A stretch of DNA of 63,857 nt, filler included, from Paramecium tetraurelia (lineage: Eukaryota): NCBI GenBank assembly GCA_000165425.1. It is 7 parts of 5 records of this genome, joined end to end, with 100 filler letters (N's around TTAATTAATTAA, not from the genome) between each part and the next. Parts side by side here need not be neighbours in the genome. Positions count along the whole stretch, not along the records: positions 13,678 to 34,658 come from CT868093.1; positions 34,759 to 55,067 come from CT868094.1; 5 more parts are not named here. One strand, given 5' to 3'. Positions 26,315 through 40,310 of the stretch are shown one piece after another (the stretch's first letter is position 1; every line of letters begins with the position of its first letter). A program made the position numbers and the translations under genes. The notes below the pieces were generated by a model that worked only from the letters and a program-made list of their open reading frames with translations, made no database searches and was not told where the DNA came from.

Positions 26315-29300
26315 AATGCGAATAAAGATAATGTTACCATGCTCAGGCTCATTATACTCATAAAGATTGTTAGGGATATGGGAATTGTATGGGGAAATTA
26401 AATGGGGGATGTTAACAGACACCTAATTTATGTGAGGAAATATTGCAGGACTAGTTTTGTGAATTCACCTATAATAAAGAAAGGTGCATTTGGGTCAAAG
26501 GCGTATGCGAATCATTAGAATGTAAGAAATTGAAATTGCCAACCTATAATAATCATAAAGCATGCTAAAAGGAAAGTTCATATTGCACTTTTAATTTAAA
26601 CTCTTTAGGTTGTACAGAGTATCTATGTGAAAATGTTTTAGAGATAGAAGATTGTACAATTGATTCAAATGGTTAAATTCGCACATAGAATTAAGGATGC
26701 ATAGAGAAGAAATGTATGACTGCTCATCCAACTTTGGATAATAACTCTAAATGTGAAGGGTGGATGCCAAAATGTACAGTTAATGTATAAGTTTTGTCAA
26801 ATTAAAAAATCTTGATTGGATGCGTAGATAAAAGAAGTATTTGTGAACTTGCAGTTCAAGAACAATGTTAATCAACACTTTCAGAACATATGTGTAAATG
26901 GAATGGAAGTAGTTAAAAATGTATTAATCAACTTTGTTAAGATGCCAGTCCATGTTTGTATTTAACAAACGAAGATTGCAAATAATTTAAGGTGTTATCT
27001 GGACCTTGCATTATTGGACCTTCTGGAGTTGGATGTTACTAATGGCCCACTAATTGTACTGAAATTAAAAGTCAATAACAGTGTTAATTGAATATACAAA
27101 ATGGAACAAAGTGTTTTTGGACTGGTACTTATTTATAACTATATAGATTAATAATTTTATTATAAGCAATAAGAATGTCAGATGCTCTGAAACTTTATTA
27201 CACCAATAATGTTTAATGTAACAATTGGTCTAGTAATTGTATTTTTGACCATTCTCTGGGTGGATGCATAGATAGAATTAATTAAGTTGCTTGTTCATCT
27301 TCTCTAAATGTTGTTATGTATAACAATCATGTAGAATGTTATGCAAGGAATCAAAATTGTACTGTGGTTTCTGATTTTAATCCTGAAGGATGTGAAAGGA
27401 AAAAAGAAACATGTTATGAGTACATCAAGCGAAGAAATTGTAAGACAACTCTAATTGGCTAATTGTGTTATTGGGATGATTAAGAACAAAAGTGCATGAA
27501 CGAGGATGAAGATAATAATGGAGTTGTTGATTGTCATAAGAGACTTTATGGAGAACTAACTCATCAGGATTGCGAGGACTTCATGTCTAAATACACATTA
27601 AATTAGATTGCTTTTTCCTGTAGAACACTTTCAGATTATTGCGATTATAAATATCAATAATAGTGTATAATTAATTCCTATTAATAACCTTGCAAATGGA
27701 ATGATTTGAAATAAATATGTGAAGATGTAGTGAATCAAAATAATACAACATCTTAAACGGAGTCTGAATGTTTAATGTTCAGACAGAATAATGAATGCCA
27801 ATTAAAAATTAATTCTGATGGGACTTACGGGCCTGGATGCGAAAATAGACCCAAAAGTTGTTAAGAAATTACTGATCCTGTAATATGTAAGTTAACTCTA
27901 ACTACTTAAAATGAAAAATGCTATTTTCATAGTTCCTTCTGCATGGTAATATAGTTTCGATATACTTAACACAGTATAATATCAAAATATTGTGAACAAA
28001 TTACTGAAAGTCAAAGTCATGAGTTTTGTTAATTATATAATCCCAATTGTGTTCTTTAATCAAGTGGATAAGGATGCTATTCTATTTATGAGCGTGGTGA
28101 TTTGACGAGTAGCGTTTGCAACAATGCAATTATGAGAAGTAATTCTAGATGCAGCTTTTTGCAGGGATGTTTTCGTAATATTCAATGTTCTGATAAAATA
28201 CATGCTGACAATTGTTTCCGGAAAACATTTTTTGAATAATAATGTGAATTAACGAGGGATTGTCTTCATTGTGAAGACATTTGAACTCTAGTCCAAAAGT
28301 ACATCTTTGTAAGTTTAACTCCTTTAGACACCACTTTCGACGGTTTGAAATAATGTAATGATATTTCAAAATCACTCATCTATAATACAGAGTGTCACTG
28401 CTGTTAGTTAATTTTTTCTTGTGACTTTGCCCCATAATCGCTTTGTAATTAATCAACGGATTACTTTGGAAAATAATGTCAATATAATTAATAGTCTAAT
28501 GTTTGCGGATACAGAGAATGCGAACAATTAACATCCGATTAAGGCATTTCAGAATTAATTTGCTATTAGTGGAAGAGTGAATGTGTTTTAGGTGCTACTA
28601 GTTGTATCAGTTACAACAATGATTGTACAAAAATTGGTCTTATTTAACAATGTTATTCATATTCATGCTATTGGTAAGATGGTAAATGTGTTTCTTATGT
28701 TAATTGTGGTCTTAACACAACTGCAATAACGAATCGGGAATGCTTATTAAGTAATAGCACATTTTGTAGATTTAATTATACTAAAGGCTTAGGATGTGCT
28801 TTTATAAGTTGTGATCAAATTAAAAACGAAGCAATATGTAGTTCTTCAAAAGTTGCTAAAGGTGTGAAATGTTAATGGGTCAGTTCCTAATGCACACCCA
28901 TGGAGTGTTATGATTATATTATATAATCCGATTGTGAAACCAGTTATGGCTTTTATCCCTAGAATGCCCGAAAATGTTATTGGTGTTCAATTAATTCCCC
29001 TCAATGTACTTAGAATGCATACTGCAATTTAAGTATGATGACTTCACCTAAATCACATTAAGATTGCTACAGTAATGATGTCTTATAAACAATCAACTTT
29101 ATAATAAACCCAAAGTGCATAGTCAAGTAATAATAATGCTCAGATTACAAATATTAAGAGGCTTGCGTAAGTACGATAGATGGTATAGTCTGTTATTGGT
29201 ATTCTAATGCATGTATATGGTATTATGAAGCTGCGGTTTAATTAATAATCACCTATACACATTCATCATCCATAGTTGGAAGGATTCTTATATGTCATTA

Positions 29301-32300
29301 GATAACTTAGGATGTCAGCCTCTAGATTGCTCATAGTTAACAATATTGTCAGATTGCTCTATTTTTACTACAAACTGTTTTTGGGATGGCTAAAATTGTT
29401 AAATTATTATGGAATGTAACAAGTACTCTAATGGCACTTTGTGTTTAAATACTAGCAATTCATAAGGAATTCCATGCTTTTGGGATGGTACTAAATGTAT
29501 AGAAAAAACATGTTCAAATAAGCCAACTCCTTCAATTAGCCAAGCCGAATGTAATAGTTGGTTGATTAACTGTTAATATAATAGCAATAATAATAGATGC
29601 TTAGAAGATTGCACTTAAGCTGATATTTCAAATAAAACTCATTAACTATGCGGATCCTATTATTTAAATAAAAGTTGCACTGTCAAATTAGATATAATTC
29701 AATGTGTAGACCTTCCAATTGCTTGTTCTTTTGCAAAGAAAACTTAATGTTATAAAGATTAATCTGGAAATGAATGCTTCTATTAAGAATCATAAAACAA
29801 GTGTGTTAATTTAACATGTTCCATTTTATAATTCACAACACATGAAAAGTGTAACTAAAAATTAAATTCTTGTACAGTTAATTCAACTTTAGATGGATGT
29901 CAATAATTAAATGTTTGTGGTAGTTATTCAATAAAAGAATAATGCTAAATCGATTCAAATAATGTAGAATGTTAATGGATGATGAATTAAAATAAATGTA
30001 CAATTAAGGAGGGCTCAACTGCACAATTACTTATATATTCAGTTCATAATTGTGATTAATATTTTGGAAAATCTTGTACTGTAAATGAAAATTTGGATGA
30101 ATGCATGACTGGTCAATCTTTGTGCATGAACTACTCATATCATCAATGCAAAAGTTAAGGGCAAATGAATTTAGGTGGAGTAGAATGTTTCTGGAATGAT
30201 GAGAAGAATATTTGTTTAGAGAGGATTTGTGAAAATGGGCCTTCACTTGCCAAAACTAATTCTGATTGTATCGGATTTCTCTCTACATGTTAAATAGGTG
30301 GGTGCCGAATAAAAGATTGCTTTGATTATAATTATACAATAGATTCGGCTTGTGCTTCAATATTCAAAAGCAAAAAATGTGTGACAAATGGTTATTAATG
30401 TGTTTTTAGAATGGCTTGTGAGGATGTTAGTGTTATTGATGGTTGTACATTTGATATCAATCTCAATCCTTGTGTCTGGATTGATGAGAAATGTTATACA
30501 AAATCTTGTAAAACTGCATCAAATTCTTTGATAAAACATTATGAATGCAATGCTTACTTTCCAACTTGCACAGTTAAATAAGGAGGAGGATGTGCTAATA
30601 AACAAATTTGTCAAAATTATTAAATAAAAGAGGCTTGCAAAATTGATAGTGAAAACGGTGAATGCATATGGGATGATTATCTAAATTAATGCTTTTCCAA
30701 TCAATGTATGGATTTCTGTGGAGATGGTATTGTATCAAGTATAGAAGAAGAAAGTGATGATGGCAATTATTTACCTTATGATGGCTGTTATAAATGCCAA
30801 GTGTAATGCCCATAAGGATGTAATATTTGCACTGGTTTGATATGTGAAGATTGTCAAAAAAAGGGATGGTTATTGATTAATGGCCAGTGTATTTCAATAT
30901 GTGGGGACGGTCATACAGCTGGAAAAGAATTCTGTGATGATGGAAATGATATTGAATTTGATGGATGTTATTAATGTTCCTAATCTTGTCACTAAAAATG
31001 CCTTAATTGCTTCTAAGGACTATGTTTACAATGTGAGAATGGATACATAGAAGATGGGTCATAATGTCATAATATTTGTGGGGATGGTGTCCTTATTGAG
31101 CCATTAGAAAAATGTGACGACGGAAATAGTAAGGATAATGATGGATGCAGTGATACTTGTTAAGTCGAATAAAATTGGAAATGCTAATAAGAAAATAATA
31201 TTAGTTTATGTAGCTATATTATTCAACCAAAGATTGTACTAACTAAACTCAAAAAACAAACAATGATTATGAAGAGTTCCTATTATAATTTTCTGAGCAT
31301 GTACGTTTGAACGTAAACAACATTAGCGAGGAACAATTTCTTCAAATGATTATTGTTGTTATTGAAAATGCCAAAGATAACTAATATGATGTTGAAATTA
31401 AACCCCTGATATCTATTTCTTCTATATTGACTGAAGTATCCTATAAGATATTAGTCTATTTTAAAATTAAGATTTCAAATCCAGTGTTAAAAGTGACAGT
31501 CAGATGTGAAAATATTGTAAATGATAAAGACAATACTTTACTCTCTGATGAAATAAAGTTAGAATTACCAACTCCTAACAAAATGTCAAATGATGGATAA
31601 TCCTTTATTTCGAAAACAGCTCTGCTAAGTAGAATTGTTATGTATACCATCTTGATTATAAGTGGCATTGCTTTTTTGGCTGGCAATTTAGAAATTATAT
31701 GGTATCTCCTTGATATGCTGCAATAATTATCATATATGAAATTTTACAACCTTCAATTCCCAGAAAACTTGTAAATCTATTTTGAAATTTTTAACATTGG
31801 TTAACTGACTCCGATAACAAATACGATATAAATAAATGTACTTTTAAAGAGTGTTTTTGATTTCTAAATCCCAATCATACCAGCGAAATAGAAATTTGCA
31901 TAATATTAAATCAATTGCTATTTTTTGGACAATTTGTAATCTATAGTCGCTTTAATTATAATTGGATTTGTTTATTATTATCTCTCATATTACTTTTATA
32001 AATTCATTGTTCTATTTTAATAATAAAAATGGGCAGGTATTTTTTATTAAAGTGAGTCTAAAATTATAATTAAAATTGTCAGATTGATTTTTTAGTTTTA
32101 GAAATTAGCAAGAAAATACTATCAATATTTCATTTACTCTGGATTAATCAGAATTTTTACATCTAACTTTTATGAGTTAGCCTTTGCATCTATTTTATAA
32201 ATTGTTAATTACAATACCGAAACTTCTATAAATGCAACCATCTCATTAATTGCTCTAATTAAAATGCAAGTGAATCTATTCCTAATAGTGTTCTTTTTTT

Positions 32301-32815
32301 ATTCTCTAAACAAAAAAGACATAGTGCCTCAGAAATTATCAGCTTTAGTGGAAGGAATTAATAATACTGTCCAATAAGGAACGAAGTAATATTTTACTAT
32401 ATTGCTGATCAAAAAAACATTATTCATTATTAATTTAGTTGTATTTTAAGACCTTTTTGCTGTTTAGAGTATAATTACAGCATGTTTATCAAGAGTATTC
32501 TCTTGTTATATTTATATTCATAAACCATTTTGGAGCAATTTCGAAAATATGAAAATATTCTTCACAGAAATTATGATTATGATTAATGCAATTATCTTTT
32601 CTATTTACGATATTATCAAATTTAATTCAAACAAAGACTCAGCTGATGTTTTAGGTTGGATTAATGTAAGTGGTTTCACAATTATTCTGATTGTGACTTT
32701 AGCTATTGATATTTATCAACAATTAAATAAGTATATATCGTGATGTATACAATGTGTTGGAATTAAATAGGACTAAATTATAAGAAAATAAAAGTCAATC
32801 TTTACGGTAGTATGA
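26315..32815 (+). pseudogene. Large Cys-rich surface protein (Paramecium surface-antigen-like C..W/C repeats, CGDG..E.CDDGN repeats, C-terminal multi-pass TM region); 5' end in gap; frame-disrupted
   Basis: Periodic cysteines with CxW(D/N) motifs across 26315-30700, CGDG..ECDDGN..DGC repeats at 30715-31165, and hydrophobic helices at 31620-32740. There is a frameshift in an A-run at about 31251-31260, a lost Cys (EESDDG), and an in-frame TGA at 32741-32743 before a later stop at 32813-32815. Confidence 0.7.
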
Positions 32816-35800
32816 TTATTAATAATTTATTGTTATTTTTTTAATATGTTGAATTACTTGAATCCAATTATTTTTTTCCAATTTCATTATTTCATTAAGT
32901 ATGTTTCCATTTGATAAGTTTTATTTAAAATATTTTGACTTTATATATTTATAATCTCATCATTTTTGGAATATAATTTGATCAGAAAAGTCTGAAGTTC
33001 TGGTAGAATAATCATAAGAATTCATCAATAATTCTAAGGCAGAGATAACCCATTATTACTTTTGACTCAGTGATGAATTATCAAATTTAGCAAAATTTGT
33101 TAATAATGCAAATCATCCCTTCTAAAAAAGAATTAATTCTTATAAATGAGTTTGGTAGTGCCTACATGTCTACGTCTTTTCTAAAGAAAACGACAGTTCC
33201 AAGTAAATAGGGGTCCGTCTAACTGGTTCCGAAACGTAGGTTTGCTATTTTTGTTGAAAAGAATAGGCCCCATTGACAAATCTTTTCAGTAGAATTTTGC
33301 CATGATTTTGGAAAAGTAAAAAGAATAAATATGAAACGGGTTACACAGGTAATAATTAGATAGTCAAATCAATCAAAATTAGTTATTATATAAAGTATAA
33401 ATAATCATTAAGATATTTAAATTGTTTATGTAATGGAAGATGATACTTACCAAGAAAGAATATAGAAAGATGTTGTTAAATTGTAGTATTATGATATTAA
33501 AACTTGATCAAACGTAATCTTTTGATCATAGAATGATTATTAGCGAAAAGTTTGGGGCAGATTCTTTTTGAAAGATTTCATCAACCCTTCAAAAGTAAAA
33601 GAATACGTTAAAAGCAAATTGATTTTAAAAAGAAAATTCATTAGAAATACATTATTTGATTTTAAATGCATTTATTAGTTTAAGAGTTATTCTAGTTAAT
33701 TCAAAGATTAATTCTCAAATTTAGACTTGCTATTAATGAATTTTATTTAATCTTTTTTTTACTAAGGCATCGGAATGATATTGTGTCTCATATTTATTCA
33801 TTGTATTTATGATAGTATCAATCATTTAGCTATGCTTTTGAGCATTAAGTCTATAAATGATTGTTATTGTAATATTCAAAAGGGCAAATATGAATCTGAA
33901 TTTGGCGATAATTAATACAAGCAAGATGAAGGGCAAACTGAAACAGCAAAGACAAATATTACATTTAGTAACATTAGGCGTATATGAATTCAAACTTGAA
34001 GTAGAACTAACCAAAATTAAGGAGGGATTATAATATAACAAGAAATACTATTTTCCCTATTTTTAATCTACTCATATGCAACATTTGTGTTTACAACTTA
34101 TGACAAACTTAGTAAAAATATTCATAATATTTAACGCTTATCTGCTTGAATGGGCTATAAACATTTTAATAACTTGGGTGTAAGAGTTTAGCCCTCAAGC
34201 TATAAAATATCGTAATCTTGATTTTGATTGGATGGTATAGGAGAGGAAAAATAAAAAGAAAAATTTACATGAAACAATAGTAACATGTAAATTCCAAAGT
34301 ATTATTTAGCTAAGAAATGCTATATAATTTATATATGTCAATTTTGCATAAGTCGCACATAATGATAATTTGGTTAAGTAAATATACTTAAGACTGCTCG
34401 ATTTGCCAAACATCATGATCTTCAATTTTGAGTTTTAAGCTAATTTCTTTGCAGTTCCAGATTAGAAATTTGCATGAATACAGCTCACAATTTATTTCAT
34501 TAAGTCAGCCAGAAAGAAGATGTATATGAGTATCAAGAGTTTAATTTAGGTCAATATTATTAAAGAAGTACATAGACGAAAAAATTCAAAGAAAAATAAC
34601 TTATGTTTCAATGCTATAATATTATTGATTATGCATCAACTCCGTTTTTATGTAATAGNNNNNNNNNNNNNNNNNNNNNNNNNNNNNNNNNNNNNNNNNN
34701 NNTTAATTAATTAANNNNNNNNNNNNNNNNNNNNNNNNNNNNNNNNNNNNNNNNNNNNGATCATTCGCCCATCATCGGTTATCTAAATGATCTATCTAAA
34801 CTCGAAATCTCCTAAAATGGATCAAAAGTAATCATAAATAGACTATTTAAGATCTTCTGCTAATAATTCAGCTCATAACCTTTGGGGATAAATTACTATC
34901 CCTTCTCATCACCCTCAAGAAAACAAAGAACGTAATCAAATTACAACTTTACTAATCGCAAAATCAACTTTTTAATGAAATTCATCAAAAAGTCACAATT
35001 AGTTAAAGGATAAGAATAAGGATCCTTTAAATTTATGTTTTCCCAATCTATTTTATCTGATTTGGTATTAGATGCACATAAAATATATCATAATTGTAGT
35101 CTTAATCAATTTTATATTTGATATTTATAATCAAGTTTGTTGAATCAATAAATGAAATTTATTTATAAATTTTGTTCTACCAACTTACAAATTCTAGGCC
35201 AATGCTTTTAAAAATTCCATTTAGCGAACTTAATGATCAAAAGCTATTAAATGCTGAATATTATTATTTGCTATTAATTTTTAAATTATTGACCAAAGTA
35301 TGCATTACATCTAATACTAAATAATGTAAGTACTAGAGATACATGATTTTCTAGGATTGTGTATAATTGAAATATTTAATATTTCAAAGGCTTTTTTCAG
35401 ATATTGAATATTTCACTTGTGATTTTAAGGCTAAGGATTATAATAATCTAATCTTTTTGAAATAAATTTTCAGATTCTCATAAAGAAATATCATCAATCC
35501 CAGAATAATTAGATAAAGTATGCCTTAAATTGTAATATTTTATCAATAAGATATAAGATGAAGTATAAATTAATTATTCATAAGTTATATTCTTAAATAT
35601 TGCGAAATAAGTAATTTAATTGATTATTTTTATTCAATAAAAATGATGGCAAAATTCAAATACCATTCATTCATTCATTCCTTCAATTTAAATTTCTTAT
35701 ATTTCCTCTCTTGAATTTAATATTTTAATTACATTCAGCTTATTCATGAAAAAATGATTAATTCATAATCTTTATGAATATTTTAAGTCAAGCAATCTTG

Positions 35801-36796
35801 ATTTTTATCACTTTATATTATCTAAACATTATTAAAATTATCACGAGTGGGTGTTTATTTATAATTAAACAATTAAATCTGAAGTTTATACAACTGGATT
35901 CTATCTTCTCAATTTGATCATCTGTTTTACATACCTCCCCTATATTGATTGATTATTCCATATTTATTATTTATTTATAATTATATCTGAATACATTTTG
36001 CTTGTAATTTTAGTCTTATAAAAATTATTACTACCAAATTCTAAATTTTAAATAAAATTTAAGCTATCTATATATTTTGATTAGTCTTCTTCATATTAGG
36101 ATATTAGGATTTTATCACAATGATGCTAACACTGAGATTATATTTATGGTATTGTCTTTTATATGAGATTACCATTTTGCAATTATTTAATTAAAGCAAG
36201 GTATCTGATTTCTTTGTAAATTAAAATAATTCTGACAATTGATCTATTCTTGGAAGAAAGCCTAAAAATAGAACCCAGGGTATTAATGGATCAATACATA
36301 GCAATCAAATAAACAGCAAAGTATTTTTGATATTAATCACACTAAAAGATCTATGATTGAAGTTCAAAAAATGTTATACTTGTTATCTATTTTGTAATAA
36401 TTATTATCTTACTAAAACCCTATTAAATGGATAAATTAAAATTTTTCCAATTATTAAAATAAAATTTAAGTATTACACAAAATGTAAGAAGTCCAATCGC
36501 CATTACCATCAATTATCCTGCAAACATAGTCTAAAATTGAAGAAAGTTTATTAGAAGTCGGGTATCAAATAGATGTACTTCTCAATTATATTATATTTTA
36601 GTCTGCTTTTGCTAGGATAGATGAATTAATTGACTCATTTCTTTTGATACCATTCAACAATATTAATCATTCAAAATAACTACAGCTTGAATTACCTTAA
36701 TGTGATTAATATTCTATCCCTTAGTTTAACTACGAATTACAAATTTTTGAGAGTTTGACTCCTTTTATATAGTAAATTATCTAGAATGAAATAAAA

Positions 36797-37960
36797 ATGT
36801 AGGAACAAAATTAAATATAAAAATATGGCGAATAGAAAATCATTAATCAAGAGGAAGGAAGTAATAAAGAATCTTAACAAATTTAAATTAAAGAATCTGA
36901 TCGTAATTTATATGAAGAAAACTAAAACCATATTAGCTAGTCAGAGAAGCAAGTAATTTAATAAAACCATGAATAATAGTTGATGATGGATAAATCAGTT
37001 TAGTTTAAATTAATTGATGATTAAACTAAATAAAGTTCGTAATGCTTTGCTATTGTGTTTGATAACACTGGATCGATTATGATTTCAAATTGTATGGAGT
37101 AAATCAAAATATGGAATTTTGAAAAAGGAAAATTAAATTTATTAAATTCTTATGAAACTCATTAAAAAGCTATTAAATGCTTGGTGTATAGCTAAAAGAG
37201 AAATAGTTTTATTTCTGGCTCAAGTGATCAAACAATTATCTGTTGGCAATAAATTAATTAAAAAGAGTGGAAGTTTTCATAGCCTTACTAATAACATTAA
37301 AAAAGTGTAGATTGTTTAATATTAAATAAATAGGAGGATTAACTTTTATCAGGAGGAAACGATCATAAAATAATAGTTTGGTTGGTAGATTTTATAAAGA
37401 ATGAGTTGGTTTTTCTATATTCCTTAGATTAACATTACAACTCTGTAGGGTCACTGAGTTTTAATTAATCTGAAACTCTATTGGCATCCAATGGGTTTGG
37501 AGAATTTATAATATGGGAAAAAGATTTATCAGGAAAATGGGAACATAAATATACTTAAAGTGTCTCGGTTTCTGGATATTAAATTCATTTCACTAGTGAT
37601 TAATAATTGTTCTGGGTACCCAAAGAAGAGTATATTAATGATCTTTTGGTATTTGAATTTTAGAATGGGGCCTTTTTATCTAATTCAAACAAAACAATCG
37701 GTTTTATCAAGAATCATGAATGTGAAGATGAAAACCATTTTCCAATCCTACATAATAAAATTAGAAATGTAAGATTAATCAAACATAAATATCATATCTA
37801 TTTGGTAAGAGAATTTAATGATGGCACATTTAAAATTGTTTCATCTTTAAATTGTTAAAGTTAAGATATTTATGGGACAATGACAAATAATGGATAGTAT
37901 TTAGTATTTCACGATTATAAGTCTGGAAAGTATTCATCATATGAAATATTATATTAATGA
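36797..37960 (+). CDS. WD40-repeat beta-propeller protein, intronless, 387 aa in code 6
   Basis: Uninterrupted ATG..TGA frame with IKIWNF, HQKAIKCLVYS..FISGSSDQTIICW, HQKSVDCLILN..LLSGGNDHKIIVW and HYNSVGSLSFN..FIIWEK. Confidence 0.88.
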
Positions 37961-38079
37961 TTCAATAACTACTATTTTTCCTTTTCCCTCATATATAATG
38001 CTTATCATAAATAATAGCATGATCTTAGTTTTTCTGCCTTTTTAAGTGATTAATTCTTTATAAATATTTATATTTGCAT

Positions 38080-39100
38080 GGAGTAGATATGTAAATATAC
38101 ATTAGACATTATTTCTTTCTTTTGAAATATTCCTATATTGATAAAGTATTTATGCTTAGGAACTGTTTTAAGAAGAATCCATTTTAATCAAAAAAACTTA
38201 AGCTAATCGTTAAAATATATCGATGTTGAATTGGTAAGCTTTTCAAGTTCTAACACATAAATCTCTGAAATTAAAGATAGTCGAAAGTAAAGATACATAG
38301 CTGAGTTAAAAAATCAATAAGCTCGCAAGTAGGATAGGAAAAGAATTAATGATAAAACTTTCAATTAATTCACCAAAAATGATAATTTTTTCGGAATGTT
38401 ATTCGTTTACTGTGATAGAGGATTTAATAACATAACATAATAAGAATAGAAACCAATGTTTTGTAATTAAATAGCCTTTTTATAAAAAACCTGATCGGAT
38501 GGGTATTTATGAAATTCCTTCTCCAGATTAAACTTTTCAATTAAATTGAAAAGATAATAATAGAATTGATAAAAATATTATTCTATTTCGTTAATTTAAA
38601 ATTTATCTCTGCTCCAACTTGAAATGTAGATATTTTAATGAACTTTAATATCAAAGACTGAAGTGTAGCTATAATTTCAAATTAATAGAATATAAAAATT
38701 CCTTAATATATAAAGTTGTCAGTATTTACATTTAAGATATCCTGCTAGAAAAAGTTCTAATACATTGATTTACTGGACTAACTTAAGAATTTATTAGTGG
38801 ATGTAGTACAATAACTATTATTTTCTTTTGATTTTGCTAAGTATTAAATTAAATAAATTCAGTGTTGTGAATGTTTTGGTTTGATGCCAAAAAATTCTCA
38901 CAAATCTAGATAGGAAATTAAGTAGAAATTATTATTGGAGCTAGAAAGAAATAGATTTTATTTAGAAAATAAAAAGGAGGACTCACAAAAATAATTACAT
39001 GGTTCTTCGAATCTATTTCTTAAAGCAGGGTTTTTGCTTCTATCTATATTAGTCCTAATAGGAATTATATTAGATTTTGAATTGACGCAAAAATTGTTAA
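38080..39100 (+). pseudogene. Degraded hypothetical protein with C-terminal hydrophobic (TM/GPI-like) tail
   Basis: Ends GSSNLFLKAGFLLLSILVLIGII. Internal TGA codons and frameshifts are present. Confidence 0.25.
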
Positions 39101-39173
39101 AACTTGAGTGAATGTTAGATATTTGTATTATCTATTAATAAACATCATAAGAACTAATTAATTAATTTATCTT

Positions 39174-40310
39174 ATGGCAAAGAGGCAGATCTTTAGCTTA
39201 AAATAAGAAAAATATGTAAATCACCCTTTTGGATTATCAGCCTTAAATAATGAAGAAATTTATTTATCGGCATTACAAGATTGTAAAGGATCAGTAAATT
39301 TAGTAGTTTGAGAGGTGTGGTAATGGTTATTCGATCTACTCAGTAGCAGAAGTATCATTAGATGCACAAAGTGAACAGTAAATAAAAGAAAAAGGAAGCA
39401 TCATCAAAGGAGTGCCTGATATCAAAACTCAACTAAGACAGCTAATTAATTAAAACAAAATCGATTCCAGATTTGTTGCAGAATTGATAGTAAGTAGATG
39501 ATACTATGCTCCAGCAGAACCATCAAAACATAATCTAAGAACAAGAGCATTTATGATGAACTTACCAAATGTCTAACAGCCTAAAGTCCTTAGTTATTTT
39601 CACATACAGTTGGATCAATGTGAATTGAATTAAGATACTCATTAAGAATGAATCTGATCAATGAGAAGCTGTCAAAGTTTATTAAGCAATCTTGAAGTAA
39701 GTGCTTTCCAAGAACGCTAATGGTACATGTAGAATGATCCTCACATTTATTGTATGATGATATAAAATATTTAAAAAACAAGTACACCTCAACTGTCACA
39801 TTTATTCATGAATGCGAAACATTAACCTAATTAAGCATCATTTTGATTCACTCTTAATAGGTAATCTAGATTAAATGCATCCGAGATCTATTAAGAAAAT
39901 AGTCTGGTGAACGAAGTTAAGAAGTTGTATCTGATGGATTACAAGTTGTGAAACAATAAACTATTCAATAAGAGGAGAACCATTATTAGAGTGTAATACA
40001 ATCAATAAGTTTAATTAGTACAAGCGGCTATTGAGATGTATATTAGATAGATTTTTTACGTTGAAGCAACAATTAATGATATACATATAAGGTTTGGCCA
40101 TAATAATTGCATGGCTTTACAAGTAAATCAAAGAAGTAAGCATTCAAGGTTTTATGTTGCTAAAAAGAAATATTCATGAATGCAATTCTCATTTATCTTT
40201 ATTGGATTAGATGAAAAAAGTGACGCGAATAACAAAATAGAATAGTTAGGATGGTTGGACTCATTGATATTCCATCTAAGGAACCTTCACTTAATAACAA
40301 AAATTGACAT
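39174..40310 (+). pseudogene. Decayed ORF with RdRp-core-like motif series of negative-strand RNA virus L proteins (putative endogenous viral element)
   Basis: YYAPAEPSKHNLRTRAFMM (39502-39558, premotif A/F-like). Then, in one other frame: S*SKCFPRTLM (about 39690-39722, motif A-like), ILIHS..VIQI (about 39840-39875, B-like remnant), EVVSDGLQVV (39921-39950, degenerate C-like) and SGY (40023-40031, D-like). Intronless, with stops and frameshifts. Confidence 0.45.

Noticed and set aside
28145..31686. Short minus-strand ORFs in the track (28145, 30031, 30595, 31456)
   Set aside because: They are antisense shadows of the plus-strand Cys-rich gene, arising from use of the wrong genetic code.
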